Source: the human T2T-CHM13v2.0 reference genome, Homo sapiens
Assembly (NCBI RefSeq): GCF_009914755.1
Contig: NC_060935.1
DNA: 64,000 nucleotides
Reading direction: 5' to 3' (one strand)
The notes under the pieces were generated by a model, which made no database searches, was not told where the DNA came from, and was given only the letters and a program-made list of their open reading frames with translations. The translations under genes were made by a program, and so were the position numbers. Below, piece after piece: positions 60,797-64,000 of the stretch. The first letter of the stretch is position 1. Each line of letters opens with the position of its first letter.

Positions 60797-63700
60797 TCCT
60801 TCTTCACCATACATCTCAATGCACTCCCAGATATCCCTTTGCAGATACTAAGAAAACACTGTTCCCAAATTGCTGAATGAAAAGAAAGATTAAACTCTGT
60901 TAGATGAATGCACACACCAAAAAGCTGTTTCTCATATAGTTTCCTTATAGTTTTTATCCTGGAATATTCACTTTTTGCCTTTGGTCTCAATGAGCTCTGT
61001 AATATCCCTTTGCATATTCTACAACAACACTATTTTCAAATTGCTGATTCCAAAGAAAGGTTTAACTCTGTGAAATGAATGCACACATCATAAAGCAGTT
61101 TCTCAGAGAGCTTCCTTATGGTTTTTATCTGAAGATATTTCCTTTTTCACCATAGGTCTCAATGTGCTCAAAATATCCCTTTGCTGCTACTGTCAAGACA
61201 GTGTTTCCAGACTTCTGTATGAATAGAACCTTTTTAACATTATGAGGTGAATGCACACATCACAAAGCATTTATTCAGATAGCTCCTTTCTAGTTTTTAT
61301 CCTGGGATATTCCCTTTCTTGTGATTGGCCTCAATAAGCTCCCAAAGGTCCATTTGCAGATTCTACAAGAGTGGTTGCCAACTACTGAATCCACAGAAAG
61401 GTTTAAATCTGTGATATGAATGCACAGATAACAATGCAGTTTCTCAGAAAGTTTCTTTCTAGTTTTCCTCAGAAGATATATCATTTTTCACCATAGGTCT
61501 CAATGCGTTCCTAAATATGTCTTCATGGATACCGCCAAAACACTGTTTCCAGACTGCTGAATGAAAAGAAGGTTTTCACTCTGTGAGAAGAATGCACACA
61601 TCAAAATCAATTGTCCATATAGCTTCCTTCTAGTTTTGATCCTGGGATATTCAATTTTTCACCATTGGCCTCATTGAGCTCTCAAATGTCCAATCGCAGA
61701 AGGGATAAAAACTGTTTGCAAGCTGCTGAAGCCACAGAAATATTTATCTCTGTGAGGTGAATGCATATATCACAAGCAGTTTCTCAGAAAACTTCTTTCT
61801 AGTTTTTATCTGAAGATATTTCCTTTTTCACCATAAGCCTCAATGTGCTCCCAGATATCCCTTCATAGACACTATGAAAACAGTGTTTCCAAACTGCTGA
61901 ATGAAAAGAAAGGTTTAACTCTGTGAGATGAATGCACATATCACAAAGCAGTTTATCAAATAGCTTCCTTCTAGTTTTTATCCTGGGAGATTCACTTTTT
62001 CGCCATTGACCTCAAAGAGCTCCCAAATGTCAATTCACAGAATGGACAAAAACAGTGTTTGCAAACTATGAAATACACAGAAAGGTTGAATTCTGTGAGA
62101 TGAATGCACACATCACAAAGCAGTTTATCAGAAAGCTTCTTTCTAGTTTTCTTCTGAAGGTATTTCCTTTTTCACCGTAGGCCTCATTACACTAACAGAT
62201 ATCACTTCGCAGATACTCAGAAAACAGGGTTTACAAACTGCTAATTGAAAAGAAAGGTTTAATTTTGTTAGGTGAATGAACACATCATGAAGCAATTTCT
62301 CAAATACCTTCATTCTAGTTTTTATATTGGGATATTCACTTTTTCGCCATTGACCTCAAAGAGTTCCTAAATATCCTTTAACAAATTCTACAACAACATT
62401 GTTTCCAAACTGCCGAATCAAAAGAAATGTTTCACTCTGTGAAATGAATGTACACATCAGAAAGCAGTTTCTCAGAAAGTTTCTTTCTAGTTTTTATCTG
62501 AAGATACTTCCTTTTTCACCATTGGCCTCAAATCGCTCCCAAATATAACTGTGCATATTTTAGAAAAACAGTGTTTCCAAACTGCTGAATGAAAAGAAGG
62601 CCTAACTCTGAGAGATGAATGCACCCATCAAAAAGCAGTTTATCAGAGAGCTTCCTTCTAGTTTTTTTTCTTGGGATATTCACTTTCTATACTTTGGCCT
62701 CATTAAGCACCCAATTATTCCTTCACTGATCTGCAACCACAGTGTTTCCAAACTGCTGAATACAAAGATAGTTTTAGCTCTGTGAGATGAATGCACACCT
62801 CACCAAGCAGTTTCTCAGAAAGCTTCTTTCTATTTTTCATCTGAAGGTATTTCCTTTTTCACCATAGGCCTCAATGTGCTCCCAAATATCTCTTTGCAGA
62901 TTCTGCCAAAACAGTGTTTCCAGACTGCTGAATGAAAAGAAATATTTAACTCTGTGAGTTGAATGCACACATCACAAAGCAGTTTCTCAGATAGCTTCCT
63001 TCTAGTTTTTCTCCTGGGATGTTCACTTTTTTGCCATTAGCATAAATGAGCTCCCAAATATCCCTTCTCATATTCTACAACAACAGTGCTTCCAAACAGC
63101 TGAATCCAAAGAATGGTTTAACTCTGTGAGATGAATGCACACATCGCAAAGCACTTTGTCAGAAAGTTACTTTCTAGTTTTTATCTGAAGATATTCCCAT
63201 TTTCACCATAGGCCTCTATGTGCTCCCAGATATCAGTTCTCAGATTCTACAAAAACAGTGTTTCCAAATGGCTGAATGAAAAGCATGTTTTAACTCTGTG
63301 AGATGAATGCACACATCACAAAGCTGTTTCTCAGATTGTTTCCTTCTACTTTTTTTCCTCGGGTGTTTCCTTTTTTGCCATTCACCTTAATGAGCTCCCA
63401 AATATCAATTCGCAGATTCTAAAACTACAGGGGTTCCAAACTGCTGAATCCACAGAAAGGTTTAACCCTGTGAGATGAATACACGCATCACAAAGCAGTT
63501 TCTCAGAAACCTTCTTTCTAATTTTTACATGAAGATATTTCCTTTTAAACCATAGGCTTCAATGAGCTCCCAAATATCCTTTCACAGAATGGAAAAAAAC
63601 AGTGTTGCAAACGACTGAATCCACAGAAAGGTTTAGCTCTATGAGATGAATGCACACATCACAAAGCAGTTTTTCAGAAATCTTCTTTCTAGTTTTTATC

Positions 63701-64000
63701 TGAAGATATTTCCTTTTTCACCATAGGCCACTATGCGCTCTGAGATATCCCTTTGCAGATTCTATAAAAACAGTGTTTCCAAACTGCTGAATGAAAAGAA
63801 AGTTTTACTCTATGAGATGAATGCACACATCACAATGTAATTTCTCAGTAAGTGTATTTCTAGTTTTATCTGAAGATATTTCCTTTTTCACCATAGTCCT
63901 GAATGAACTCCAAACATTCCTTTGCATATTCTACCAAAACAGTTTTTCCAGACTGCTGAATGAAAAGAAAGTTTTAACTCTGTGAGGTAAATGCACACAT

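Larger units (their letters stand above)
29700..64000 (-). repeat. Alpha satellite array, dimeric, reverse orientation; interrupted by an L1 (41292-41501) and an Alu (60499-60796); runs off the right edge
   Basis: Continuous ~171-bp units in the same orientation as 1606-9786. Confidence 0.98.

Overview
Primate (hominoid, most likely human) pericentromeric DNA with no host genes, RNA genes or CRISPR arrays. About 92% of the window is diverged ~171-bp alpha satellite built from two alternating monomer types (~343-bp dimer). It carries pJalpha/A-type boxes, and I saw no CENP-B box, which fits an ancient inactive-centromere layer. The array switches orientation twice (~9,786 and ~29,698) and is organised into sub-domains with relic 4-, 5-, 8- and 9-monomer duplications. 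Five retrotransposons interrupt it: four 5'-truncated L1PA3/PA4-like LINE-1s, three of them with twin-priming 5' inversions, and one heavily decayed AluY. Most notable: (1) a 197-bp tract is 195/197 identical between two independently inserted L1s 21 kb apart in inverted orientation, while their flanks differ by about 8-10%, suggesting ectopic gene conversion; (2) a ~385-bp satellite patch appears copied in register across 7,388 bp; (3) the orientation junction at 9,786 looks like a fold-back; (4) a ~215-bp L1 has a 5' inversion. I found no novel protein-coding system, and the satellite ORFs are artefacts. All alignments were done by eye and all consensus sequences were recalled from memory.
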